DNA from: Stegostoma tigrinum
Lineage: Eukaryota
Length of the DNA: 64,000 nucleotides
Assembly: GCF_030684315.1 (NCBI RefSeq)
Contig: NC_081391.1
Coordinates: 1,612,001 to 1,676,000, forward strand
Reading direction: 5' to 3'
Shown here: in pieces, positions 36,986-50,269 of the stretch
How the letters are laid out: each line of letters opens with the position of its first letter
How positions within the stretch are numbered: the first letter of the stretch is position 1
Position numbers and translations under genes: made by a program
Notes under the pieces: model-generated
What the model saw: only the letters and a program-made list of their open reading frames with translations
Databases searched by the model: none
What the model was told of the DNA's origin: nothing

Positions 36986-38256
36986 AGATCAGAGCTAATG
37001 GGAACTGCAGATGCTGGAGAATCCAGGATAACAAAGTGTGGAGCTGGATGAACACAGCAGGCCAAGCAGCATCTCGGGAGCACAAAAGCTGATGTTTCGG
37101 GCCTAGACCCTTCATCGGAGAGGGGGATGGGAAGAGGATTCCGAAATAAATACGGAGAGAGGGAGAGGCGGACCGATGATGGATAGAGGAGAAGATAGGT
37201 GGAGAGTATAGGTATGGAGGGGGTAGGTCAGTCCAGGGAGGATGGAAAGGTCAAGGAGGTGGGATGAGGTTGGTAGGTGAGAAATGGAGGTGCAGCTTGA
37301 GGTGGGAGGAGGGGATGGGTGAGAGGAAGAACAGGTTAGGGAAGCGGGAATGAGCTGGGCTGGTTTTGGGATGTAGTGGGGGAGGGGGAGATCTTGAAGC
37401 TTGTGAAGTCCACATTGATACCATCAGGCTGCAGGGTTCCCAAGCGGAATATAGGTTGCTGTTCCTGCAACCTTCGGGTGGCATCATTGTGCCATTGCAG
37501 GAGGCCCAGGATGGACATGTCATCGAAGGAATGGGAGGGGGAGTTAAAATGGTTTGCGACTGGGAGGTGCAGTTGTTCATTGTGAACCAAGCGGAGGTGT
37601 TCTGCAAAGTGGTCCCCAAGCCTCCGCTTGGTTTCCCCAACATAGTGGAAGCCACACCGTGTACAGTGGATACAGTATACTACATTGGCAGATGTGCAGG
37701 TGAACATCTGCTTGATGTGGAAAGTCATCTTTGGGCCTGGGTTGGAGATGATGGAGGTGGTGTGGGGGCAAGTGTAGCACTTCCTGCGGTTGCAGGGGAA
37801 GGTGCCAGGTGTGGTAGGGTTGAAGGGGAGTTTGGAGCGAACAAGGGAGTCACGAAGAGAGTTGTCTCTCCGGAATGCAGACAAGGGTGGGGATGGGGTT
37901 GGTGGGGTTGGATTGTAGAATGCAGAAGTGTCTGAGGATAATGCATTGTATCCAGAGATTGGTGGGGTGGTATGTGAGGATGAGGGGGATTCTTTTAGAG
38001 CGGTTATTGCGGGGGCGGGGTGAGTTATGTGTTGCAGGAAATGCGGGAGACACAGTTTAGGGCGTTCTTGACTTCTCTTTGGGGGTGGGGGGGCCAAGGA
38101 GTTGCGGTCCTTGAAGAACGTGGCCATCTGGGATGTGCGGGAGTGGAATGCCTCATCCTGGGAGCAGATGCGGCAGAGGCGAAGGAATTTTTGCAGGGGG
38201 GTGGGTGGGCGGGCGGTCGGAGGTGTATCCTAGGTAGCTGTGGGAGTCGGTGAGCT
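36986..38256 (-). mobile_element. 5'-truncated Penelope-like retroelement (GIY-YIG endonuclease region plus 3' terminal region)
   Basis: ORF 37336-38127 has PCNRRKCYTC, NVVYCIHCTRCGFHYVGETKRRLGDHFAEH and IFRLGTLQPDGIN. Hammerhead-like motif at 37091-37118. Flanked by direct repeat GGATGAATGG (36976-36985, 38257-38266). Confidence 0.9.
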
Positions 38257-39689
38257 GGATGAATGGCCTCTTTCTGAACTGTAGGGATTCTATGATAAAA
38301 GGAGTCATTACATTATGCCTGGAATAAGAACATATAAAATAGGAACAGCGTAGCTGTTGGGCTTTCGAGCCTACTCCATCATTCAGTAAGATCATGGCTA
38401 ATCTGTTTCTGTTCCAAATCTCAATTTACCCCTGACAAACCTTGATTTTCCAGTCTAATAAGAATCCCATCCCACTTCTGCCTTAAAAATATTCAGTGAT
38501 GTCCTCCCACTGCCTTCTGAGGCAGATAGTTCCAAAGTTTCTCAACTTTCAGAGAGTAAATTTCCCCTCATCTGTCCTAAGAGGATGACCTTAATTTTAT
38601 AGCAGTACACCATAATTCAGGACTCATGCACAAAAGTAAACTTTTCTACATCCACCTCATTGACACCATTCAAGATCTTGTTTACTTTGATTTTGATTTG
38701 ATTTATTGTTGTCACAGTACCCGAGATCATGGCATACAACCTGTATGTGGTTGTAGGGTGTTTAGACAGAGCAAGGCACACAAGGTTACAGCTGCACAGG
38801 AGGTGTACAAAGCAGAATCAGCATTAGTTTTTTAATTGGAGAGGTCCATTCAGCAGTCTAATAACAGCAGGGAAAAAGCTGTTCTTGAACCTTTGTTACA
38901 CATGTTCAATCAAATCACCCCTCACTTCTACCTCCAGTGGAAACAAGCCCAACCTGACCAATTTTTCCCTAAAAAGAACACACTCATTCCAGGAATCCAT
39001 CTAGTAAATCATTTCTGAAATACCTCTAATGCATTTACGTCCTTCCATAAATAAAAAGACCAAAACTACACACAATATTCAAGATGTAGTCTCACTAATG
39101 CCCTGTTTAACTGAAACCTAACAGCCTTCCTTTTATGTTTAACTCTTTATTATAAACTATGACTTTCATGAGAGTCCATAAATAAGGCTGTGATTCAGTG
39201 ATGCGGAGTGTTTATGCTAAATTCTTTGACATTTAATGGAATAACCGTCACTGAATTTCCCAATTAACAATATGCAAATCAGGAGAGGTAAAGTGCTCCC
39301 CACTTCCTTTGGATGCGTGTAGCTCCAACAACCCTTAAAGGACTTGGCGTCAGCCAGGAAAAGCAGCCCATTTGATCGGCAGTGCATCCACAAACACTCA
39401 GTCCTGTCACCACCTTAGCAGCTGTCTGTGGCATCTGTAGCATTCACTAGAGCAATTCAGCAATGCTTCTGTGACAGCACCTTCCAAACCCTTGACCCCT
39501 ACCACAATAAGAACAAGACCAACAGATACAGCGGAGGACCACTGCCTGCAAGTTCTGTCTAAGTCACATACCGCCCTGAATTGGAAATCTCTACTCCCCT
39601 CCCTCTACTTATGCTGCCATCGCTTTTACTCTGTGCCCTCCCTATCTAATTGCAGAATCTATTGTATGTGATACTTTTGTTTTTTGCAG

Positions 39690-39738
39690 AGACTTTGATT
39701 CACTCTCCAAAGAGAATGTCTATGAGAACAATCGCCTG
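39690..39738 (+). CDS. MICALL1: MICAL-like protein 1, coding exon 2 (49 nt)
   Basis: Acceptor ttttgttttttgcag|A and donor CTG|GTGAGT. Joins exon 1 in frame to give (I)DFDSLSKENVYENNRL, closer to MICALL1 (DFDSLSKDNVFENNRL) than to MICALL2. Too short for the ORF track. Confidence 0.92.
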
Positions 39739-40029
39739 GTGAGTGTTTCATTATTAATAAACGTCACCACATTTCCTGTTGTGGTTCTAGCCAATCATTT
39801 CCTGGATTAGATCTATGTTTATATTAAAATCTCTGGAAATAGTTGCACCCCTAGCTCGTGCTCTTCTGGCCCTCACTGAAAACATACAATGGTTGCGGTT
39901 TTACAGTTGGTTGGCTGAGAAGTAAATTGCGTGGGAGCACAGAGTGTGACAAGGTACAGGCATCAAGGAGGGTGGCTGTGCTGCATTTTACATCCTTTCT
40001 CAGCCTGCAGAAAGTGGGGAGTAACAGGC

Positions 40030-40876
40030 AGGTAACAAAGTATGGAGCTGGATGAACACAGCAGGCCAAACAGCATCTTAGGAGCACAAAAGCTAACATT
40101 TCGGGCCTCGACTCTGCATCAGAAAAGGGGGATGGGGAGAGGATTCTGAAATAAATAGGGAGAGAGGGGTGGCGGACTGGAGATGGATAGGGGAGAAGAT
40201 AGGTGGCGAGGAGAGTATGGGTGGGGAGGTAGGAAGGGGATAGGTCAGTCCGGGGAGGACGACAGGTCAAGGGGGTGGGATGAGGGTAGTAGGTAGGAAA
40301 TGGAGGTGTGGCTTGAGGTGGGTGGAGGGGATAGGTGAGAGGAAGAACAGGTTAGGGAGGTGGGGACGAGCTGGGCTGGTTTTGGGATGCAATGGGGACG
40401 GGGAGATTTTGAAGCTGGTGAAATCTACATTGATACCATTGGGCTGCAGTGTTCCCAAGCGGAATATACGAGTAGCAGTTTCTGCAACCTCAAGGGGCAT
40501 CATTATGGCACTGCAGGAGGCTCAGGATGGACATGTCGTCTAAGGAACGGGAGGGGGAGTTAAAATGGTTCGCGACTGGGAGGTGAAGTTGTTTATTGCG
40601 AACCAAGCGTAGGTGTTCTGCAAAGCAGTCCCCAAGCCTCTGCTTGGTTTCCCCAACATAGAGGAACCCACAAGGGGCACAGCGGATGCAGTATACTACA
40701 TTGGCAGATGTGCAGGTGAACATCTGCTTGATGTGGAAAGTCATCTTGGGGCCTGGGATGGGGGTGAGGGAGGAGGTGTGGGGGCAAGTGTAGCACTTCC
40801 TGCAGTTGCAGGGGAAAGTGCCAGGTGTGGTAGGGTTGGAGGGGAGTGTGGAGTGGACAAGGGTGTCGCGGAGAGA
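40030..40876 (-). mobile_element. Second Penelope-like GIY-YIG fragment, same family
   Basis: ORFs 40490-40927 and 40267-40503 are near-identical to the 37336 ORF but frameshifted. Confidence 0.88.
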
Positions 40877-41415
40877 GTAACTCCCCTCTTGATTCCTCAA
40901 AGCCTGTCCACCATCTACAGGGCACAAGTCAGGAGAGTGATGGAATATTCCCCACTTTCCTGGATGAGTACAGCTCCAACAACACTCAACAAGCTTGACA
41001 AAACAGCCTGCTTGACTGGCACTGCATCCACTCCCTCCTGAGATGCTCAGTAGCAGCAGTGCATACTATCTACAAGATGCACTGCAGAAATTCCCTAAAG
41101 ATCCTCGGACAGCACCTTCCAAAGCTATGAACACTTCCATCTAGAAGCATAAGGGCAGTAGACTCATGGGAGCACTACCATCTCCAAGTTCCCCTCAAAG
41201 CCACCCACCATCCTGACTTGGAAATATATCGCTGCTCCTTCACTGTCGCTGGGTCAAAATCCTAGAATTTCCTCCCTAATGACATTGTGGATCAACCCAC
41301 AGCTGATGGACTGCAGCATTCCAAGACGGCAGTTCATCACCACCTTCTCAAGGGCAATTAGGGATGGGCAAGAAATGCTGGTCAGTCAGCAATGTGCACA
41401 TCCCACAAATGAATA
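40877..41415 (+). mobile_element. LINE (second family) 3' end
   Basis: IYRAQVRRVMEYSPLSW and the tail gggcaattagggatgggcaagaaatgctgg. Confidence 0.75.
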
Positions 41416-41559
41416 GGAAAAAGAAGTCTTAGTCCTGAATAGGCACTTCAGATTTGTTGTGTGGTCACAGCTGGAGGGTGTCACTGCAAATAATTCAGAC
41501 GATATGTATCCAGGAGACAGAAAGTACAGAAAGAGTGTCAGTCCTTGGACAAGAACAGG

Positions 41560-42630
41560 GACTGCAGGAAAGTTGAGCAAACTGACCATGGCCCCCGGTG
41601 TAGGAAGCCATGCAAGTGCAGGGAGTTTAAAAATGTAGTTACAGAAAGAACAGTATAGGTGTTAGATGTGGTTCTGTGCCACTGAGAATATATTGCCTGC
41701 CTGGTACCTAGGTTAAAGACATCTTCTCAAGTCTAAAGAGAATCTTGGATTGGGAGTGAAGGGCTGATTCAACTGCTAAGGGCCATGTAGGTCCCAGTAA
41801 CATTGATAGGATTAAAAATAGAGGTTCTGTAATGGAGCATGAGCAGTTGGGGACTGAAATAATAAGCAGAATCACAAAGGTAGTATTACTACTGGATTCC
41901 TACCTGAGCTGTGAGTAAATTGGTGTAGGGAAAATAAGATAAGGGAGTTGAATGTGTGGCTCAGAGATTGTTATGGGACAATGAGTTTCAAATCATTGGG
42001 CATTAACACCAGAACTAGGGAGTGTGTAACCTCTACCAGTATAATCGTCACCTGAATCTGTGTATTTGTGAATCATTTAGCTTGGACAATAGAGTGCTTT
42101 TAACTAAATAGTAGGGGGAAGAGTCTCATGAGGGAAGATTTGGAAAGTCAGTAAGGAAGAGCAAGGCAGAAGAGGTTTGTTAATTCACTGGGCTGATCCC
42201 TGGGGAAAAGGAATTGTCTTATGAGGAAAAGTTGATCAGTTTACCTCTATATTCGTTGACGTTTAGAAGATGGAGATGTGACATCATTGAAACAAGTAAA
42301 ATTTGGTAGACTGGGCAGTGCAGAGGGATATTTCCACTAACAGGAGAATCTAGATCTAGGTGACATAGTTTAAAGATAATGGTCTCCCATTGAAAACAGA
42401 GAATTAGAAAACTTTCCTGTTTTGAATTCGCTTCCCAGGGAGCCATGGAAGCATGACCATTGAATACATTCAAGGTTGAGTTAGAGAGATTTTTGATCTA
42501 CAAAGAAGTCTAGAGTCATGGTGACAGGAAGGGAAGTGGAATTGAGAATGTAAACTGAATCAGACATGATCTTATTGAATTGTAATACACATTCAGCGGG
42601 CTGAGTAGCCTAAGTACTCTTCTACTTATG
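41560..42630 (+). mobile_element. Internally deleted CR1-like LINE (ORF1 remnant joined to 3' end)
   Basis: tgcctgcctggtacctaggtt and ttgaatgtgtggctcagagattg are ORF1 esterase-like motifs also seen at 62200-62690, followed by a CR1 3' UTR. Confidence 0.6.
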
Positions 42631-43069
42631 AGTAGATTTCTTATAATCTCTGCTTTATGCGATGTTGTAATTTAATCACAAGAAACGCCATTGTAGAAAA
42701 GACATAAATAAGTAATATTTATCAGGGAAGAGACTGACACTAAAATATGCACATTCAGAAAGCTAGTGCAGGACCACCGCCTACACCGTAACAATTCTGA
42801 GATTGTTTGTTTAATATGGACCCTTTGATTTCTGAACCCTTAATGTGCATTACTGTTGACATAAAATCCTCCCTGTTACAGAGCAGCCTAGAAATGTAAG
42901 GAATGCAGAGTAGGAGAATAGGTTTCTCATGCTCCCTGTCTGAGTGAAAAACAGCTTCAGCTCTGAATCTGTTAAAACTGCTGATGACCACTGCAACTTA
43001 TTTAAATAATGGCCAACTTTGCATTAGCTTTGTAAAACCTATTTTAATTTATGTTTTATGATCTCTGTG

Positions 43070-43365
43070 TATAGTTCTTGACTTCTGAGTGGGGAGTAAT
43101 ACCTAGTCGTATTATCTCTCGACTGTAAATCCAGAGAGCTAGGTAGTATCTGGGGACACAGGTTGAAACCCCATCATGACAGACAGTAGAATTTGACTCT
43201 ACAAAAGTCTTTAGGGAGGGCAACGGCCATATTTCCCTGGTCGGGCCTTCAATCATTCCAAACCCACAACAATATAGTTGATTCCTAACTGCCCTTTGGG
43301 CAATTAGGGATGAGCAATAAATGAGCTGGTCAAACCAATGATGCCCAATCCCATGAATGACTAAT
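43070..43365 (-). mobile_element. SINE of the 3972 family, internally deleted
   Basis: Appears to be an inversion-joined or partial copy, with gggcaattagggatgagcaataaatg tail and gttgaaacccc B-box-like segment. Orientation call is uncertain. Confidence 0.4.
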
Positions 43366-45074
43366 AAAGAAAGTGGATGATGTTGCGCTTTCCATCTGTC
43401 ACAGTTTTGCAAACTTAATGCTTCAGTGACCCTTAGCAAATCTGTGCCTGGCTTTACATTATTTACTGTGTCACCTTAATCAAAATTAGATGCAAGTTTC
43501 ACCATTCCTTCATTTAATTCATTTGAAAATATTCTGAAATCTAAGTCCCTGTTATAAATTCCCAGAGAACACCACTACGCATAGCTACACTTTTATCCAC
43601 CACCTGATTTAAGGTCTCCAAAAATTCAGTGTTTGCCAAAGATAACTCACCCATTACAAATCCGCTCAGGTTCCCTCTGATCAGTTCATATTTGTCCACA
43701 CGTGCAATAACTCTCTCCCTAGCAACAGGTTTGAGTAACTTGTCCAAATCCTGCCCTCTGGTCTGTTAATTCTCTCAATAATCCTTTATTTTAGAGTGAT
43801 CTTGATAGGTTTCAAATCAAGGGGGAGCAATTCCTGAATCAATTTTTGGGGGCTTGTAACTCGAATATCTAAATTTCCATATAGACTGGCTGCAAAAGGA
43901 CAGATTTTGCTTCTCTGTCAGGACTTTTATTGGTTTAATTATTGAATACAGCTAATATTTTGCCACAAATTCAAAACAGTAGATTCAGGCTGAGATACAG
44001 AGAAGCTTCTAGATTAATGATGTTGCAGAGATGATGGTGAAGAGGTGAAATTGGCCTTTCAGGTAGAGGATTACTGTTACCAGTGTTGAGTGCGAACCTC
44101 CCTAACTGAATTCTTTGCTCAATCTTACTTTTTTCTGCCTGTGCCTCGCTTCAGGCGGTACTGCTTAAATCTGCAAGGATAAGCTTCGGGTGTGGCCATG
44201 ACTCCATTGGTTTCAGTCTCACTCTGAGTCAGAAGTTGTGTTTATATCCTACTCCAGAGCCCTCTAGCCTCTCTGTTAATGCCATAGATTGCTCTGCTAA
44301 GCCTGGGTCCTTGAATGCTCTGTTCTGCTTTGTTCAGCTCTGCGATCTAGGAAGATGGTGATCGTCATGAATCTTATGTTTTGTTTTATTGCAAAGAGCT
44401 TTGGGACATTTTATTCAGTTAGAGGAGCTATGTATTCCTAATGTCAGAAAGCTGTGATAGAAAGAGTGACTGGAAAAACTTCAACTTCTCTCCATCTGCA
44501 CCCACTAAGGGACAACGCAGTTAAGGCTTGTGGGATAGAGCAAATAAAATTATAAACATGGAACAATGGGATACAGCTTCCTGTAGATACTGGTCAAGTT
44601 AGAACTGATACCAGGAAGTTCTTTGTACAGAGAATGTGACTTCTGCTTGAACAGCAGTATTTCAAAGCCTAATATTGTTTAGGAATGGCTATCCAAGTAG
44701 TGCAGAATATTCAACAGATCTTTCTAAGCCTTTCAACTAAATAATAAACTAAATGATTTTCATCACAGAATGATCCAGAACTGAAGACTGCCATTTGCTG
44801 CGTTCAGTCTTTGACAAGTCTGGAAATGTAGTTTCTGGATTGCTCTTGCAGGAAGCTGTCGTAATGTTGTTGGGCCAAATGGTAGACACCTTGCTATAGC
44901 CACTGAATGGTTTTACAATATGCTGTGCTTCACTCCCTAGATGTCCATCTGATTCCTCACTGGGCTGGAAATGCAGTGATCCAAAAAGTTTTCATTTACA
45001 TGTTTCAGGGATTCCGCCCCTCTTTGCTGTATACTTTATAATCTTACTACTTGTTGTCTTGTTCATCTGCGTGG

Positions 45075-45375
45075 GTGTTGCTGGCTGTGCCAGCATTTAT
45101 TGCCCATTCTTAATCACCTATACAGCAGTTAAGAATCAACCTCATTGCTGTGGTGCTGGAGTCACATGTTGGCCAGACCATGTGTGAGGATGGCCTGAAG
45201 AACATTTGTAAGCCAGATGGGTTTTTACAGCAATAAACCACGGTTACATGGCCACCATTAGGCCGATTATTTAATTCCAGACCTGTAATGAATTCAGATT
45301 TGACCGTCTGCCATGATGGTATTCCATGTTACCAGATCAGTAGCCTGGGCCCCTGGATTACCGGCCCAGTGAATG
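45075..45375 (-). mobile_element. SINE of the 3972 family
   Basis: ccagcatttattgccc (reverse-complemented tail) and gaattcagattt core. Confidence 0.6.
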
Positions 45376-47269
45376 ATACTTTTTTCCCAATGTGGATATT
45401 TGAAATCTCCCACGTCATCACTGCCCTGTAGTTCATGAATCTCTAAGTTGTCTGTAAATGCGCTCCTCTATCTCTTTCCAGTATTAGTCTATAGCATATA
45501 CCCAGCGGTGTAGCCAGTCCTCTATTGTTCTTGCTTTCTCACCGAGCTTCTGAATCCTCAAGCACGTCATACCTTCCTGCTGCTGTAACAGTATCTCTAA
45601 TTGTACTACTCACTCCGTTTTCACACTTTAATATTCCTCCTGAATGCATTGTGGAGTGGGATGTTGAATTCTCACTCCTCCCCTTGTTTGCGTCTGGTCT
45701 CAGTTACTGTCTATTTGTCTGTCAAAAATACAGCTTATAGGAACAGCCATAGGCCATTCAGGCCCTTGAGTTTGCTGCGCCATTCAATATGATCACAGGT
45801 GAACTTTTGTCCCGTTTCTATTTTCCCTTTAGCTTCCTGTATCTTAGAATGTGAATCGCTTGAAAATCAGTATCTCTCAGCCCCAAATGAATTCAATGAT
45901 GGAGCATCTACAGTCCTCTGCAGTAGAGAATTCTGAAGATTTTCACAGCCTTTTGACTGATTATTTCAGACTAAAATGACTCCAGTCATTTATCCTGTGA
46001 CTGTATCCCAGTAGATCCCCTGTTTTGGGTCTATCGTATCAAGCATCTTCAGAATCTTGAATGTTTCAAGGAGATCAAGTCAATATGGAGATAGAGTTTG
46101 TTCTCTGACAGGCTGAACAAACTATCTGACTCCCTCTGTTTGTGGGTTAGAACTGCTAAAAAGGTTGTACTGCAGATGGAATTTAGTTCGTCAATGCCAG
46201 CTCTGTCCAGGAGTGAACCAGCTAATCCTACTCCTCTGCACCTTACCTGTGGTCCTGCAATTGTTTTCTCTCTTAGTCCTTTATCCAGTTCTCTTTTTGA
46301 ACACCACAATTGAATCTCCCTCCCCATTCTCTGTGTCAGCTTATTACACATTTGTAAAAAGGTTTTCCCAAATGTGCTGCAACCATTCTACAATTCTAGC
46401 CCAGCAAGGAAGCAAAATTAAGCTGGTGGTGAAACAGATTTGTTGCAGTGTTATATACATAAATATACAAAGTGCAACATGTAACATTGCTGTGCCACAG
46501 ATAGTATAATGTGGGAAACATGAGGTGATTCACTTTGACAAAAATAGAACCGAATACTTTTTAAAAACACAACTGTGAAATGTTGATATTGAAAGAATTG
46601 TTTTGCCAATCACTTTAAATCTTAAAACACTGTTAAAAGGAGACAAGAAGTTGAAGCTTTTAGATTAGATTAGATTACCTACAGTGTGGAAACAGGCCCT
46701 TCAGCCCAACAAGCCCACACCGCCCCATGAAGTATCCCACCCAGACCCATCTCTCTCCCTCCAGGACTATGATGCAAAAAGCAGATTCAGTAAAAGCAAC
46801 ACCAATTTATACAGAGTGGAAAGTGTGTGCTACTTGGTTGTACGGTCATTGACATGGAAATGCAGGAAGGGTATTGCCAGTGAGTGGGGAGTCGAGAACC
46901 AAGGGTTATCATTTAACCCTTCACGACTGTGATGAAGATAAATTGCTTCACTTGGAGAGTGGTGAGCCTGTGGAATTCTTTGCCACAGAAAGCAGTTAAT
47001 GCCAAAAAATTGAATGTTTTCAAGGAGTTAGATCTAGTTCTTCGGGCTAAAGAGATCAGGATTCTGAGTTGGATACTCAGCCATGATTATATTGAATAAT
47101 GGAGCCAACTCCTGGGCCAAATGGTCTACACTTGTTTTCTATGTTTCTGGAATAGCTTACTAATAGTCTGAATTCTTAGGCCTGGCAGGTAAATTTGATT
47201 AGTCAGGGTATTGTCATGGGAATGTGGCAAAGGTTGACAGCCTGTATGACCCTGTTTATATCACTCAGC

Positions 47270-48390
47270 TTCTAACCTCATTACAGCCTTAGACAATAGA
47301 CCTGAATCCCAGAGGTAAGGTGTGAGTGACAGCCATTGACATGAAGGCCTCATTCAACCATGTGTGGCATCATGGAGCCCTAGCAAAACTGGAGTCAATG
47401 GATATCGGGGACAACCTCTTTGGTGGTTGGAATCATACCTGAATAGGAAGGTGGTTGTGGTTGTTAAAGATCGGTCTTCTCAGGTCGGGGACATCTCTGC
47501 AGGAATTCCTCAGGGCAGTGTCTTAGGCTTGACCATCTTCACCTGCTTCATCAATGACCTTCCCTCTATCATAAGGTTAGAAGTGGGGATGTTCACCGAT
47601 GATTGTACAGTGTTCAGCACCATATGTGATCACTCAGATATTGAAACTATCATTATTCAAATGCAGCAGGATCTGAACAATATCGAGGCTTGGCCTGACG
47701 ATAAAAGACAATCTGGTTACTGCCCCTTGCCATTCAGTGGTGTTATCATCGTTGAATCCCAGATTGTCAACATCCTTGGGGTTACCATTGACCAGAAACT
47801 CACTGGACTAGTCACAAACACAGTGGCTGCAAGAGCAGGTCAGAGGCTAGGAAAACTGCAGCGAGTAACTCACCACCTGATTCCCAAAAGCCTGCCCATC
47901 AACTACAAGTCACAAGTCGGGAGCGTGATGGAATACTCCCCACTTGCCTGGATGAGTGCATCCACAACAACAATCAAGAAGCCTGACACCATCCAGGACA
48001 AAGCAGCCTGCACTCACCCCTCCACCACCAGTGATCAGTAGCAGCAGTATATTCTACCTACTAGATGCACTGCAGAATTTCACCAAATATCCTCAGACAG
48101 CACCTTCCAAACCCACGAGCATCTCCGTCTCGGAGAAGGGCAGCATGTACCTGGGAACACAGCCACCTATAAGTTCCAAGCTACTTGCCATTCCTGCTTT
48201 GGAAATATATCACTGTTCTTTTGCTGTTGCTGGGTCAAAATCCTGGAATTCCCTCCATAATATCATTGTGGGTCCACCCACAGCATGTGAATTTCTAGAA
48301 GTCAGTTCACCATCATCTTCAGAAGAGTAACTAGGGCTGGGTGTGGAATATTGTCCAGCTAGTGATGTCACTGTCTAATGAGTGAATAAA
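47270..48390 (+). mobile_element. LINE reverse-transcriptase fragment and 3' end (second family)
   Basis: ORF 47364-48041: GIPQGSVLGLTIFTCFINDLP..MFTDDCTVF..ILGVTIDQKL. Confidence 0.85.
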
Positions 48391-48500
48391 AAATGGCCAA
48401 GATGGTGGCAGATCCTCTGCTCGCCAGTCCCTTTTATCTATTTTTCCGCTCTTTTTGTTTTCCCTGTCCGAAGTGAATGGGCCAAGTTCTGCAGCAGATC

Positions 48501-48599
48501 AGAGTGGACACCGGCTGAGTCCCACGGCGGACCGGAATGGATACAGGCTGAGTCCCATGGTGGACCAGAGTGGACAACGGCTGAGTCCCATGGCAGAAC
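48501..48599 (+). repeat. 33-bp tandem repeat, 3 copies
   Basis: agagtggacaccggctgagtcccacggcggacc-type unit at 48501, 48534 and 48567. Confidence 0.9.
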
Positions 48600-50269
48600 C
48601 AGCATGGGCAGCATAGCCTTGTGCTCTGGGGCCTGCAGGCATGCCCTGTGAGCCCCAGAACCCTGTGAGCAGCGAACCCCTGGAGCAGTGCGGGAAAGAA
48701 GCTCCGCAGCCCCACATGGAAAGCAGCCCCGGAGCAACGCGCTGGCAGCAAGTCCTGGGCAGAGACCTATGTGAGGGGACAATCCTTACCTTAGAATGCT
48801 GTAATGTTAACCCCTTAATATTTTCCTACTTTAACTTTATAATTAAGCAACTACTTCTATTCGTCTGCTGTATCCAAGGATTGTACATAGGTACTCGTAC
48901 CTAAGTGGTTGCCATAAGAAGACAGACATTGTAAAAGTTTTTGACTGTAGTACAATGGAGTATACTTGACGATAAAAGGATATTCTACTGTAGAAAAGAA
49001 AGATACAATGTATGTACAGATTCCTTTACATAGAACCCTGTTCTATGTAATTTTAATGTAATTTCTATGTTTAATATATGTAGCTTGTATCACACACAGA
49101 TGTAGCACTCTGCAAATCTCTTGGCTGATTTTAAATTCGTTTCTGGTGTAATTCATAGTACAGTTTAGATTATTTAAATCTGTGCCTGCTGGTTATTGGG
49201 TATGGATTCTTTCTTCCTATTTTGTCTTTGACCCCTCATGATTTTGGAAATATCCATAATAATTTATAATTTCCCCTTTATAATTTCCCCTCCTCTGAGG
49301 AGAGCAATCCAAGCTTTTCCAGTTTATCCACATGGTGGAAGCCCCTCATTCATGGAACCATTCTTATCAATATTTTCTGCACACTCTCTAAAATCTTTGC
49401 ATTCTTTCTCCAGTGCGTTGTTTGTATTTGGACCAAACCTAAAGGTTCACAATTGTTTCCTTTTTGTTTTCTGCTCTCTATGCCTTTATTTATACATCTC
49501 GGGAAGGGGTTTCTCAACCTTCCCTGCCACTTTCAACAATTTGTACACAAATTTCTCCAGGTCTCTGCTCCTGTGTCCTTTCAGAATTGCACAGTTTTGT
49601 TGTCTTTCCTTGGTTGTCTGTCAAATGTGAACTCACTACTCTGCATTAAATTTAATCTGCAGCTTGTCTGGTTCCACTTGAAATCAATGTCTGCTGTCCT
49701 CACAGTTCATAATACTTTCAGACTTTGAGATAATGCCTTGTACACCCACGTCCAGGTCACAAATGTCTAGCAAGAAAAATAATGATCCTGGTACTGCCTC
49801 AGGTGACTAGAGAATTGAGATCAGGCTGTTTCTGAAACTCTTAATTCAATTACTTAATTGGATTGTGCTGTGAGAGTTAATAAGGATCTGTTGAAAGCTA
49901 AATGAATAATCAGCTTGAATAAAATATGTGCTGATGCGACACTAGGTCTGAGAGATATTAATAGTAGCATGCACTTGCAGACGGTGAGAGTGAGTTCAAT
50001 CCAAACAATTTATTTGTCACTGATGCGCCAGTGGCCATGCCCCCAAGTACAAACCGTATGAGGTGCTTTCTTTACCCATTTAAATAAATCCTATTTAAAC
50101 ATATCAAAGCCTTTCAGTATTCCAGCTGGAGGCTGCAAACATCAGCTACGATTGCAGAAGTAGTGCTGTAGTCTAGGAACTAGTTGAAGAATGGTCATCA
50201 AAGCATTTTATCTGAGATTCCAGAGTCCCTTTAGTCTACGACTTGCTTTCATCAGTTGTAGGAGAGCGA

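Noticed and set aside
37336-38127. Domesticated GIY-YIG nuclease gene
   Set aside because: 5'-truncated, flanked by a TSD, with a near-identical frameshifted copy at 40267-40927, so it behaves as a transposon copy.
45001-45030. tttcag|GGATTCCGCCCCTC (GIPPL) as MICALL1 exon 3
   Set aside because: It lacks the preceding AFEVAE-like residues and the following LLDP, so it is a chance match.
48501-48599. 33-bp and 42-bp repeats as CRISPR-like arrays
   Set aside because: Head-to-tail minisatellites without unique spacers, in a eukaryotic context with no cas genes.
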